From Squalus acanthias (lineage: Eukaryota), in NCBI GenBank assembly GCA_030390025.1, contig CM059432.1, forward strand, positions 81,842,001 through 81,906,000: a stretch of 64,000 nucleotides of DNA. The letters run 5' to 3'. Positions 50,621-63,836 of this stretch are shown piece by piece. Position 1 is the stretch's first letter. The number at the start of each line of letters is the position of its first letter. A program made the position numbers and the translations under genes. Under the pieces are notes generated by a model that saw only the letters and a program-made list of their open reading frames with translations, made no database searches and was not told the DNA's origin.

Positions 50621-51351
50621 GGCCCGTATTTTCCAATCCCTATGGGTATGTACGAGGTGTGTACACACCCGTAGGGACCTCGCAAGTGCCGGTTTCAGGC
50701 ATGTGAAACACATGCGCTGAAAACCGGCACTTCCGATCTGTCAAGAATCCTCTTGACAGATCGCACGCCTGCCCTGGAGAAGGGCCTCTGCGGGGGGAGA
50801 GTTCGGCTTTCTGCACAACCTCCGCCCGCTGAAATCCTTTAAAAATCTTATGCCTAGTAAAAGTAAGAGTTTAAAAAATATATATTTTTTCACTCATTTA
50901 TAATTTTAAAATACTTTTAGAAAAGGTAAGTTTATTTTTAGCCCCATAAAAAACTTTAATTTTTTTTTCAAAAAATTGAATTTTGTTTAAAATATTTAAT
51001 TTAATGTAATTTTAACTAATTTTAAAAACGTGATTTAAAAAAAAATATTTAATGTTTTAATGTGTTTTTGGAGTGATCTCCATTCATACTTTTGACGGGT
51101 CTAAGCTGAGAGACCTGTCAAAAGTATGAAGGTGGTTTCCCTTCTTCCTTTGGTTCCCCATGGCCCACGTGATCCCAGGGACGCTTGCGAACTGCATGCG
51201 CCCCTGGGATACCTGGGCCCTGTGCATTTCGTAGTGGAGAAGCCCAGGATCGGAAATGTCCGGACCTCCGGGGCCCTCAGGTAAGGGTGTACATTTTTTC
51301 CAGATCGGAGGCCTCCGCACGCAGGAAGCCTCCGATCGGAAAATATGGGCC
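50621..51351. mobile_element. Harbinger-type MITE
   Basis: TIRs ggcccgtattttccaatc / gatcggaaaatatgggcc with TSD cat (50618-50620, 51352-51354). Confidence 0.82.
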
Positions 51352-51472
51352 CATATGTTTGTAAGAAGGTTGGTCAAGGCAGCCAGAACCACAGTTCCCC
51401 CACATTTCGGCTAGCAAAGCACGAACCCCAGAATTTCATGCCCTATGCCTTTAAAGTTGTTCCACTTGTCCT

Positions 51473-51768
51473 AGGCCCCGTCTGCTCTCTCAGGTCGACG
51501 TAAAAAATCCCATGGCACTATTTCAAAGAAGAGCAGAGGTGTCCTGGCCAATATTTACCCCTCAATCAACATAACAAAAAGAGATTATCTGGTCATTATC
51601 ACATTGCTGTTTGTGGGAGCTTGCTGTGCGCAAATTGGCTGTCGTGTTTCCTACATTACAACAGTGACTACACTTCAAAACTGTTTAATTGGCTGTAAAG
51701 TGCTTTGGGACGTCCGGTGGTCGTGAAAGGCACTATATAAATGCAAGTCTTTCTTTCTTTCTTCTTTC
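51473..51768 (+). mobile_element. Deu-domain SINE, 5'-truncated
   Basis: SINE core plus a (TTTC)n tail. Confidence 0.82.
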
Positions 51769-51960
51769 TCAGCTGAAGTGTTGTTGAATAACCTTGCCTA
51801 GTCAATTTTCTTAAGTTTACCCTTCATTTCTTTGAGATTAGCCCTTTTAAAGACATTTGCTGGCTCCTGAGGAGCAATTTTCAACTTCTGCCCATAATAG
51901 GTGCAAAGTCGGCAGAGAAGCCAAACCTCATTTGAATGTCACCGGCGAGCTGCAGGTGCT

Positions 51961-52162
51961 AAACAACAACAACAACAACTTGTATTTATATAGCACCTTT
52001 AACGTAGTAAAACATCCCAGTGGTGGTGAGGTAGAGTTGGGTGTCGTCAGCGTACATGTGGGACCTGACATTGTGGTTTCAAATAATGTCGCCGAGGCTG
52101 GCACGTAGATGAGAAATAGGAGGGCCCAAGGATAGATCCTTGGGGGACACCAGAGGTAACCA
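51961..52162 (-). mobile_element. Internally deleted L2 fragment
   Basis: An (AAC)n tail is joined directly to the YADDTQLY RT segment. Confidence 0.7.
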
Positions 52163-55100
52163 GTGCCCTGAAGCAGCTCCTCAGTTGTGGGAGGGCAGGA
52201 AATCGCATGGTGAGCTGGTCAGCGGGTCGGGTTGAGGAAGGGGTTGTGGGGTCCCAGGAAGGATTGAGCAGGGACTGGCAGTAGGCTGCAGTATTTTTCT
52301 GGAGTCAGGAGGAGCATTCCCGCTTCTCTTGGCCCCACAAAAATTCTTCCAAAACAACTCTTGGGCCTTCTCTTGACCACCGTGGTCCCTTTAAGGACTG
52401 CTGGTTAGGCCGGTCAATGCCTGGTATAACTGGGTGAGCATGCACAGGGCTGCTCTGCCGAATTGTACCTGAAAGTTGCAATCATGGTCCTACAAATAGT
52501 GTAGGACCCCAATTTTCATATTTAAGCAGCCTCCCACTGGACACAGGTAGCCATGCTGCTTGCCTCCCTGAAATTTGTATCAGGCGGGCCTTGGGCACCA
52601 ATGAGGACAAGAACCCAAAATCTATCATTACCTGACTCAATGGTTTGGAGCATCAGTGCAACACAGCTCCATGCTGTTGACTTCATTGCTTCTGCTTTGG
52701 TTCCAGCAGGGAATCTCAAATGTAGTTTTTTCCTTATAGAAAAAACAGCTTTGGAAACAGATGGACGTACTTAGCCACTAAACAGTTTTATATACTTAAA
52801 AGCTATATTGTCAACAAATCTAACAGAATCACAGTCAGTCAGATTAAGACATCTGGCCAGATTTCCTAAATTTGAAATTGTAACAGCCAATGGCATTTTG
52901 GACACATGACAATATCAGATTCAGTCATTACTGGCCATCTGATTGTGAACCCACAGTTAAGACTGTGGGAAAATACAAATTCTGTTTTTCAGGAAAGTGC
53001 ACTGCCTCGGGTGCTTCCCTGCTAATCTTCCAAATAAGAAACAATTTGCTGAAGGATAACTGCCAAAGTATGTGAGTCCTGCGGAACGGCAAGACAGCTT
53101 CCGTAATATTCCATTATTTCTCTCTCAGTGGGAAAAATTAAGTGCTTTCACCAACCTATCAGCAAGACATCTTATCCTAAAAGTTTATTTAAGTAAAATA
53201 ATGGCGTAGAACTTAGTTATTACTCATTAAACTAAATGGAGAATAATAGATACCTGGTAACAATTACAAGGCAGTAATCTGATCTAGGAGGTTCAAATGA
53301 TGTCACAAACCACAAGAGTGAAGTTTCAGCAGTTGATATCTATCATATGACCCATGTTGAAAAGTGTACATGCATAGATAATGGGTAAGGACAACAATAG
53401 GCTCGGCTGTGATGCACCCTATCGTAGCATAGTCCAACACGTACCAGCTGGGCTCAAGAATGAAGGATGTCTACTTGGGTCATGTACTGCAGGGCAGTCA
53501 ACACTTGTAGAAATGTATCCCAGCATTAGTCAGCACCGTCAAGAAAGGAAAATAAAATATAATTAATCTTTTTAATTATTCTGTGAAATACCTAAAATGT
53601 AATAATATAAAACATTTTACACTAAACATTGTTTTAATAAGGTAAAATAAAATACAAAACAATCTTGTCCTCTTGCATTGCATAACTCTAATTTTTGCCT
53701 TTATTTCCTATTAATATTGAGACTGATTTGTTTAAGAGTTCCTTACGTTTTTAACTGATTTCTTTGACCTGTATTGATCTGTTATAGCTTACTGAAGGTC
53801 ATCAACAGATATGAAAATTTAATACAGTGCAGAGTCACTCTAAAGTCTGTCCCATGTGTATTCATGCCCAAAGGCTGCTTAGAACTGTTCCAGTGTGTGC
53901 TTATGCTTGGTTTTCAGTGATACAAGAAGCAAGGTTAGCCTGTTATCTGATGGAGTTTCAGTCAATTGAGGGCAGTCAATAGGCAAGTCTACACAGCAAA
54001 CAGTAAAGCTTTTCACTGTCTCTCGCTCTCTCCCTGCCTCTGTGTAATTCAGTGAATTAGAGTGAACAAAGAACGTTCTCATTACCAGGTGCTGAGAGAT
54101 GCTGAACTGATAAGAAAAGCCTTTTATTGTACTATTAGAAAACAAGGCACAAGCTAAAGGATGTAAATCCTAGAAATTATTTAATTGCCGTCTGTGTTTA
54201 TTCAGAGATTTTGAAGGATTTTACGATACTTTAAAAATTGTAATGTCATGGTATATTAGCATAGTGTGATAAAATAATATGTAACACATTTTTTGAATTC
54301 TATCTACTCTGCTTTTTTTTCTCTGCAATGCTTTTGCAGGGCACCAGCCTACAAGCCTACTTATAAATAAAAAGTGTCAATCTTCTCATAGTATGATAGG
54401 GAACAGTTTTCTGATAACATTGTGACAACTTCAAGAAGTGTGCCCAGAGACTAATACACCAGCCTCAACCCTCAGCGTGGACTGGGCTGCACCTTAAAAG
54501 ATGGGGGAGGGGAGAAATAGTCTAATAGATCATGTAAGAAAAATTAGACTAAGCCTGACATTTTGTAATTGAGAAAAGGTCCTCTTAACTAGGAGGTAAG
54601 CAAACAGCATATTAGCCTCTCTTCCTGTCCCCTCCTCATTACTGAATATACAAGGCATGCAGAGTTTGTTGATTGATTCAGTTACAAAGTTTAGATTCCT
54701 GAAGTGAGGACAGAGGACAGCCGGGTAGACAGAGAACAATGGGTGCTAATTAAAGGTCTTCAGAAAAAATACATCTGAATCCAGGGACCCATCGCATAAT
54801 AGTGGGATAAAGGATAAGGAAAGGATGGTTTGCTTGTACTCTGTGTTCATGCATATGCAAGCATATCCTGAGTAAGGAGGGCTGGCTGTGCGTCAGATGA
54901 GCAGTACAAAAGATCGAGGCTTATAGAAACAGCTGTATTTTCAAGGCAAGTCGAATAGTCATAGGAGCAGCAGCACAGCCGTGTTTGGCAGGATCTGAAG
55001 TATTCTTTTCAATAACAAAGTTGTGTTTGATATAGTCTACAGCAGCTGAAAGGTATGAGAGTTACTGCATTCTGTGGGTTGTTTCTGTCATTCTGGGACT

Positions 55101-55949
55101 GTAACTGTAACATGAATATAAGTGAAGGATTCAGCTAGTTAGCTGTTTGCCCCCAGTGCAGCAAGAGAGAGGATCCTGTCAGCTAACCTCTGTGCTGTGG
55201 AATCATGTTGGGACTGTTAGCAAATGTCATGAAATGGTTCATTTATTTTCAGAAGCTGTTAGCAGCAGTTTGTTCTTTGTCTGGCTCTGTGAATACTGGT
55301 TGCTCTTACTTTGTGGAGATAAGTTAGAGTTAGTGACTTTCTAATTCAATATTTTTTCTGTAATTTGAACACCTCACTGATTTTGTGACTATATAATCCT
55401 TCTTTGATACTTGCTTTTCGGGATACATTTCTTATGGATATACATTAAAATGAATTAACAGTAAGATTTGTTTTTTTTTAATTGAATTTATTTAACATGA
55501 ATAAAAAATTCTCAATCAGTAATGAGACAAACAGATTTCTTTTACATTTAAATAGGGATCTAGTAAAAGTGGAACCATTAATCAGGCAGTATCTGTATTA
55601 AAGTTATATTTTATTGAGATGAGTACTTCCTTGTATTAGCTTGAAGCTGAATATATTGAGCTCTGGATACAGTAACATGTCTGATAGAGTAACACAGCTG
55701 AGGACCAGACTGAGACTTAAACTGCCTGAAACAGTTCTTGTTTGTTCATTTGCTGGGATTGAATGAAAATTTACTCCAGGCCCCCAGATTGCTCACTAGT
55801 TTTCTTAAATATAATCTTTTGAACAATTAGTACACGTTGTCATTATTTTCAGGTGTTTTGTCAATCTGGTGCCTACCTACAGAGAGGAAAGAAAAAATTA
55901 TATATGCTAGAAATCTGGAATAAAAATTAAAAATGCCTCAAACACACAG

Positions 55950-56310
55950 CAACATCAACAACAACAACATGCGTTTAGATAGCACCTGTAAACGTCCCAA
56001 GGCACTTCACAGAAGTGCAATCAGACAAAAATTGACACCAAGCCAAAGAAGGAGATGTTAGGAGTAGTGACTATAAACTTGGTCAAAGAGGTGAGCTTTA
56101 AAGAAGGTCTTAAAGGAGATGAGGGAGGTGGGAGGCGGAGAGGTTTAGGAAGAGAATTCCAGAGTTTAGGGCCGAGTCTCGGCTGAAGACACGGCCACCA
56201 GTGGTGGGGCGAAGGGATTGTGGGATGCACAAAAGGCCAGAGTTGGAGGGATGCAGACGTCTCAGCGGGTTCTAGGACTGGAGATGGTTATAGAGATAGG
56301 AAGGGGTGAA
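55950..56310 (-). mobile_element. L2 3' end
   Basis: (AAC)n tail and an LGPKLWNSLPKPLRL motif. Confidence 0.8.
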
Positions 56311-56675
56311 GCACTCCTGCTTCTGCTGGCCACACAAAAATCATTTTAACACTTACCTCTTTGGGCCTTTTCTTTTTGCCCACTAGGCTTCACTGAGCGG
56401 ACGCTCTGTCTAGTAGGCCACTGAAATGACATCGGAGTCCCATACACATCCTAAGATCCCGATTTGCATGAATGCATAAGGCTCCTGCCTGATTTAGGTG
56501 GGCGCCTCAGCCACCCATGAAAATACTGGAGGCAATATGGCAGCGGACGAGAGCGTGGCGGTAAGAGAATTAAGATCAGGGGGGCCCCTTAAGTCTGTGG
56601 AGCGGGGTTTGAACCCACAACCTTCATATGCAGAGGCGAAAGTACGACCAACGTAGCCAAGGCTGAACTAGAGGG

Positions 56676-56784
56676 AATTTTCTCAGACTTTCTGCCGCTG
56701 TGCCATTGTAACTTTGTCAGAAGTGCGTCAGAAACCCTGTTTACAAAGTTACGGTAGGACAGCAGCAGAAAGTCTGAGGAAATT
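56676..56784. mobile_element. Small hairpin MITE
   Basis: aattttctcagactttctgccgctgt...gtaactttgt pairs with acaaagttac...acagcagcagaaagtctgaggaaatt. Confidence 0.7.
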
Positions 56785-59327
56785 AAGACCCATTATTATA
56801 AGTTGATTGTGGGAATACATAAAGTGACTACTGAAACTTCTTAAGTAAGTTATTATATTTTATTTTGTAGTTTTTTATGCTCATTTATTTTGTGACCTCC
56901 AAATGTAAGCTGTAGTTAGCTCATATTTATTAATAACCTTAAAGCCTTGTAAAAATTAGAACTTATAAGGATCAATCTTCCTCTCCGGCACTATCGAGAG
57001 CAATTTGGGCACAGCACACCAGAAGTGTGTCATGCCAGGAGCATGACCTCAGCATCCAAACTTCCTTTCGAGTCTAATTTCAATACTATTGCCACGCAAT
57101 GGGCACACATAGGGGCACACTTGTGGGCATAGGCCAAACGGAAGAGGAGGTCCAGGCGTTCCTGGGATCTTAAAGGCAGCATGATTGTGTGTTGTGAGTT
57201 TCTCAACTTCTCAATTTAACTTTAAAACTTCTAATAAGAATATAATTTTGGCGGTTCTGTGGGGAAAGAAACAATATATTCTTTTGCGAGGTGATTGAAA
57301 ATCTACAGCTACATTCTGTATGTTGAGTTGTCTTTGCTCCAGCATTTTTATTTCCCTCTCGCATGGGAACAAGGTTGCACTAATCGGGTCGTCTTTCAAA
57401 ATTATGCAAGTGAAGTAATTCAACAATGGATTCATTGAGCAGTCACAGCTTTCGATTTAAAAGTTTTCAAATCCATTTTGCCAGCCAGAAGAAAAAAATT
57501 GCATGACTCTGCTCCTCTCATTTATTCCAATGTGTTTCCCCTGTCAACTTGCTCACGCTGCTGTATCAGGCTGAGGTGGCAAGAGTACCCAAGCAGAAAT
57601 CTGGGTGTTCCTGCTGTCTGGTTGGAGGGAGCTGGTATGAGCGCAGCACCGTGGTGCCAAGCAGTAGGTGGTGGATCTGGGAAAACAAGAGTGGATATGA
57701 AGAATGATGGTGCAGGAATAGGAGCAGGGTGCTGGTTTGACGGTGAGGTTTCTCTTGTTATTAAAGGTGAGATGGAGTAGTTGCATGGTCAGAGAAAGGG
57801 AGGATTCTTCTCGATGGTGAGGCAACACATAATAATGGCTCTGGAGAGGGCTAGTTGAATTTCTTCCAACAGCTGTCAAGGGGGCTTGTGGAACTCCAGA
57901 TAAGCCATATCACAAAAAGAAGATCTGCACAGTACTGAAGATGCCTGCATCACCAACTGTTAAAGACTAACAACCTTCAGCAACTCGTTCTCAAGGTGCA
58001 GCAATATTGTAAATGGCAAAATGCAAATATAATACCCTTTGAGGAAAATAGCACCTAAATGGCAGCTTTGGAAGCAATAGTGGCAGGTTTTTATGAGAGC
58101 AGTCTGCCCTGATCCACCCCAGGCATGTGCAAAGCCATTTATATGTTAATTCCATTTCTGCGTCCTCTTCAGGCGCTGTCAGATGCAGCCGCCTAAAAAG
58201 CTGCAGAGGACGTTTGGATGCAGCACATTCAGGTGCACAACAAGGCAAAAACATTAATGCCCATTTTTTTCTCTGCATAGCACCCGTTCCAAGTGAAGAA
58301 TGAGGCAGGCGATCAGCAATGCTTCCCCTACCTTATTTATATAGTATGGTCAGGCTTGCACCTACTGCAGGCTCAAGCCAAGTTGTGCCTCCCCTCTGAC
58401 CACCCCAGCGCCATGAAAACTCCATAAAATCCCAGAGCAGTGTTAAAGGAATAAAGTCTCCAGCCCCTTTTTCCTTGAACTGGGGAACTGAGCATCCCCT
58501 GGCTGCAAGGGCCAGGAAAATAAGCCCTTAAAAGTCCTCATGAGTTCAGGCAGCCTCAATCCAGTTCCAAATGGGCATAGGATTCGTAATACATGCCACT
58601 AATTGGCAATCTCAGGCAAAAGGCCACTGGATGGCTGGTGTGGGAATGGAACAGTTTCAGACTGATGCTCTTCCGAGGTTGGGCCAGCGCACATTGTTGA
58701 GGCCGAGTAACGGGAGCTTCACTGGGCCTCGAACTGCGCTGCACCTGACCTGAGAATTCTTGAATTGACTCTGAGTTGACAAAACAGAAAATGTTTCATT
58801 CTCCATTGTAACAATTTTACTAATCCATTATATTCCAAATGGTGAAAGGACTGAAAGTCAGCAACTCCTGATAGCAATTAGAAAAGCGAAAGTTGTGTGC
58901 AGTTTAATATAAGCAAGAAAAAGTTGATTTTTGTACAGACTGAGATCCACATTTTAATTTTGAAGAGCCTACGTCAAAATGAGCCTGAAAGTGAGTGCCT
59001 TGTGAAGTCAGAGCGGCAAGAGGTTTGGCTTCAGGCTGTTCATCTAATGATGACTGCTGATAGATTTATAGAAATAATACACTTACACTCACCCAGAGGT
59101 AATTTGGTTGCAAAACCTGCAACACCAGCTCTTTCCTGTCTTGAGTAAACACGTGTGACTCCCATTTATTTTGTGCCAAACGAAACAACTATTAGTGATG
59201 CACCTGACTGAACACTGCCAGCTGAGAACTAGTTAGCTGTCAATTTCTGAATACGTTTTCAAAGTTTCTTTTCTAGGTTTATCCTCTTTCTCCCCCACCC
59301 CCTTCCTGTGCTGACTATTGTTAGGGG

Positions 59328-59855
59328 AAAGAAAGAAAGAAAGACTAGCATTTATATAGCGCCTTTCACAACCACCAGACGTCTCAAAGCGCTTTACAGC
59401 CAATGAAATACTTTTTTGAAGTGTAGTCACTGTTGTAATGTGGGAAACGCGGCAGCCAATTTGCGCACAGCAAGGTCCCACAAACAGCAATGTGATAATG
59501 ACCAGATAATCTGGTTTTGTTATGTTGGTTGAGGGATAAATATTGGCCAGGACACCGGGGATAACTCCCCTGCTCTTCTTCGAAATAGTGCCATGGGATC
59601 TATTATGTCCACCTGAGAGAGCAGACGGGGCCTCGGTTTAACGACTCATCTGAAAGACGGCAGCTCTGACAGTGCTGACTATTGTTAGGGAAAAGAAAGA
59701 AAGACTTGCATTTATATATCGCCTTTCACGATCACTGGACTCCCTCAGCACTGCATTGGAGTGTCAGACTAGCTTTATGTGCTCAATTCCCTGGAGTGGG
59801 ACTTGACCCCACAACCTTCTGACTCAGAGGCGAGTGTGCTACCAACTGAGCCACG
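59328..59855 (-). mobile_element. Deu-domain SINE containing a duplicated copy of its own tail and flank
   Basis: Reverse-complement SINE. tgctgactattgttaggg..aaagaaagaaagac...cgcctttcac occurs at ~59309 and again at ~59673. Confidence 0.82.
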
Positions 59856-60279
59856 GTTTCACTGGTGTTAGACCGCCTCTAGTACCTTACCCAAGTGGCC
59901 ATTATTTATGTACCAAGCTTGACATGGGGTTTCAGCACCTATTTAACCATATGGGGCATCACTGTCGAGTGCGATCCTAATCACATCCAATATCAGCAAC
60001 TTTGTTCAAGGCTGTGGCGAGGTTGAGGAGGGCAAGGAGGGATAATGCACTATGGTTACAGTCATAAAGAATGTTGTTTGTGACTTTGGTGCTGTGGGAG
60101 GGGTGGAAGCTGGAGTGCAGGGATCCAGTTGTGGGGGAGATGAGCAGGGATCGGGGCGGCAGCAATACATTCAAGGGCCTTGGACAGGAAAGGGAGCTTA
60201 AACATGGCAGGGTAGTTATTGAGAGCAGATGTTTAACTACGTTAAAGGTGCTATGTAAATGCAAGTTGTTGTTGTAACT

Positions 60280-60317
60280 TTACCTGAGGAAGGGGCGACA
60301 GCTCCGAAAGCTTGTAA
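60280..60317 (+). ncRNA. Minimal type I hammerhead ribozyme motif in a Penelope-type repeat (60276-60373)
   Basis: Reads UUAC-CUGAGGA-A-GGGGC-gaca-GCUCC-GAAA-GC-UU-GUAA, followed by AATAAA. Confidence 0.7.
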
Positions 60318-60459
60318 TTTTAAATAAATCTGTTGGACTATAACCTGGTGTTGTGCGACTTCTCATTTTTGACAATTTAGAGACAGTGGAGGGGTCGAGA
60401 GAAGTGGTGGTGAGGTAGAGCTTGTTGTCGTCAGCGTACATGCAAGATATTGTTGTTGT

Positions 60460-61345
60460 TGCTTCTTGTCCGACATCCAGTATTGGATGAGTAGAAACAT
60501 TTCCTCCAATTAAATATTGGGAAGACTGAAGCCATTGTCTTCAGTCCCCGCCACAAAAGCCGTTCCCTGGCCACCGACTCTACCCCTCTCCCTGGCCACT
60601 GTCTGAGGCTGAACCAGAATGTTCACAACTTTAGTGTCCTATTTGACCCCGAGCTAAGCTTCCGACCACATATCCTCTCCATCACTAAGACTGCCTAATT
60701 CCATCTCCATAATATTTTCTGCTTCCGCCCCTGCCACAGCTCCTCTGCTGCTAAAACCCTCAACCATGCCTTTGTTACCTCTAGACTCAGCTATTCCAAT
60801 TTTTTCTGGCCGGCCTCCCACCTTGCATTCTCTGTAAACTTGAGCTCATCCAAAACTCTGCTGCCGGTATCGTAACTGGCACCAAGTCCCATTCACCCAT
60901 CACCCCTGTGCTCGCTGAACTACACTGGCTCCTGGTCCGGCAAAGCCTTGATTTTAAAATTCTCATCCTTGTTTTCAAATCCCTCCATAACCTCGCCCCT
61001 CCCTATCTCTATATCCTCATCCAGCCCTACAACCCCCCGAGATATCTGCGCTCCTCTAATTCTGACATCTTGCGCATTCCCAATTTTCTTTGTTCCACCA
61101 TTAGCAGCCGTGCCTTCAGCTGCCTAGGCCCCAAGCTCTGGAATTCGTCCTAAACCTCTCCGCCTCTCTCTCCTCCTTGAAGACACTCCTTAAAACTTAC
61201 CTCTTTGACCATGCTTTTTGTTACCTGTCCTAATATCTCCTTATGTGCCTCGGTGTCAAATTTTGTGTGATAATGCTCCTGTGAAGCGCCTTGGGATGTT
61301 TTACTATGTTAAAGGTGCTATATAAATACAAGTTGTTGTTGTTGT
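60460..61345 (+). mobile_element. L2 LINE 3' portion (inverted L2 fragments adjoin at ~60000-60445)
   Basis: LAELHWLLVRQSLDFKILILVFKSLH.LAPPYL...AFSCLGPKLWNS motif and a (GTT)n tail. Confidence 0.88.
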
Positions 61346-61817
61346 TTCTGTTGTAAGAGAGTTTATATGGAGGATGGGTATTTCTAGGTTGGCATGTGTG
61401 CGCCTTGGTTATACTGAGTGTTGGTATGCAATCTTTTGATTCTAAATCCACTGTGAAGAAGGTAATTGACTTAATACTGTAATGTTTAACAAAATGTAAT
61501 TTGAAACAAAATCTGATCTTTTTTCTTGACTATTTCAATGTTATAGGGACAACTTTTCAGGTCCAGACTTCCATTTTGGAGAGTTCAAAATTAGGATTTC
61601 TTGGGGCTGAATTTAAGTTAGTCCACCAGGCAAGAATGGGGCAGTAGTAGCCCAAAAATCACGGTGCTGTACTTACCCATTGGCACCAGACGTTGAGCAG
61701 CCTAACCAGCGTTCCTTAAAGGGATCGCTGCAGGCTGCTCCAAAACCGGGTAAGTTTATGTGTTTTTTTAAACATTTTTGTGGGGCCTGGAGGAGTTCAC
61801 CAATACACTAGGCAACA

Positions 61818-61924
61818 AGCAACAAAGGTAGATGTTTTCCTTTTTATTAATCTCTTTAAATTTGTGGTTTTAAACTTGTGGTTTAAAGAGATTAATAAAA
61901 AGGAAAACATCTACCTTTGTTGCT
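61818..61924. repeat. Perfect 43-bp inverted repeat with 21-bp spacer
   Basis: 61818-61860 is the exact reverse complement of 61882-61924. Confidence 0.92.
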
Positions 61925-63388
61925 ATTGTTACAGCCTCAAATTCCAATCAGTGGGCCTGATGGATGGGAAACTTTCGGCTGGACACCCATCAGACAAACG
62001 GTTGACAATTTCCGGCACCATGGGAACGCCTTTGAAATCACTACAAGCGGAATTTTACTACCGATGGTTATGCATTAATGTTTCAATTCATTATACTTCC
62101 AAGATCTTTTAAGAGTGAAATTTACAAATAAAAAATGAAAAGGTTGTGCTTTCAACTAAAGAGACTTATATTATGCTGAGAGGTTGTGTTGTAATACAGG
62201 TTTTATATATTAAACACCTGCAGGTGGATTAATAGAGCTGCCCCGGTTATATGAATGCTCTATTGGGAAAGGGGAGTTGTCTGTGTGCAGATTTCTTACA
62301 TATGTATGCATCACCAAATTATATTTATTTCATGCAGCATGAGCAAAGTTGAAAGCAATTTAAAAAAATAAATAAGTAAAAGGATGGAGTGATCCACTAT
62401 TGAGTACACCAGCAGGTCATGCTGACTTGCATCATGCATGTGACCTGAGGTAAATCTGCTTTACATTGTCACCGATTTGAATTATGGGTTATGTTTAAAA
62501 CTGGAATGGTCATCACTTGCGCTTTTCCAGGCTCTCTCCGTGGCTCAATTAGTTAATGGGAAGATCCCACGTTGGATCCCTGGAATGTGCTGAGCTTGCT
62601 GATCTCAGCCTGGTCAGCGATAGAAGGTTATCTCCACGATCAGTTTCTGGACACTATGCAGTGACCCCTGCAGGAGTGGGTTTATGTATGGATGTCAGGA
62701 AAGGCAGTTTAGGGCTCAGCTGTGTTTGAATAGCCTACCAGCCTTAAAGTCTAGATTTTCCAATTGACATTATTTTATATACGGCAGTAATCCTTTTATT
62801 GTAAAATGTCTTGGCTTGTACGGGTAGAATGGCCACTTAGATGAGGTACCAATGGGCTGCCAGTTTTCATGAACTGTACGCTACATAAGTCATTGCCTTC
62901 AGGAGAGGAGGGGAGAAGAGAGGAGGAAATGTTAAACAAAAGGGAAATAAAGTATTAGGACCTCAGTGGAAATCCTGAAAGGCACTGCAAATGTTTTCTG
63001 AAATGATTCGCATGCTGATATAATACTGCTCCTGGGGTTCCAGGGACAGAACCAGTTCAGTTCTTCTAATGCTGGGAGTGTGTCATGAATTACAGAAAGT
63101 GAAAGGTGCTTTCTATAAAAAGACCCTAAATTATGGATGACAGATTGTACACAGGACATTTGCAGCCACTCTCACGTTAATTGCTGCAGTTATTGAATGA
63201 GCTGCTTGCTGCAGGCAGGTAGGTAGACCAACAGCTTATTATGGGGTTGTTACCATGGCTTCCGTCTGGCATAGTACGGAACTGTTTCCATAGCATTCTT
63301 CTGGCATAATAACCAGCTATATTAGTGTGAGGTACGATGTAGTAGTAGTAGATGGAGGAGGGACTCTGCTGCCCAGATTAAAGATCAG

Positions 63389-63836
63389 GCCTCACAGCGC
63401 CAGGGACCCGGGTTCGAACCTGACCTCGGGTGACTGTCTGTGTGGAGTTTGCACATTCTCCCCGTGTCTGCGTGGGTTTCCTCCGGGTGCTCCGGTTTCC
63501 TCCCACAGTCCAAAAATGTGCGGGTTAGGTTGATTTGGCTATGATAAATTGACCCTTAGTGTTAGGGGGGGATTAAATATGTGGGGTTACGGGGATAGGA
63601 TAGGATATGTTAGGGGGAATTAAATACGTGGGGTTACGGGGATAGGGTGGGATATGTGTCGGTGCAGGCTCGATGGGCCGAGATGGCCTCTATCTGTACT
63701 GTGGGATTCTGTGTGAGAAAGCAGGGACAGGGTACTGGATTTGGATGATCAGCCATGATCGTATTGAATGGTGGAGCAGGCTCGACGGGCCGAATGGCCT
63801 ACTCCTGCTCCTAGTTTCTATGTTTCTATGTTTCTA
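63389..63836 (+). mobile_element. V-SINE (HE1-like), 5'-truncated, with CR1-derived tails
   Basis: Nearly identical to 14599-14992 and ends in (TTTCTATG)n. Confidence 0.88.
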
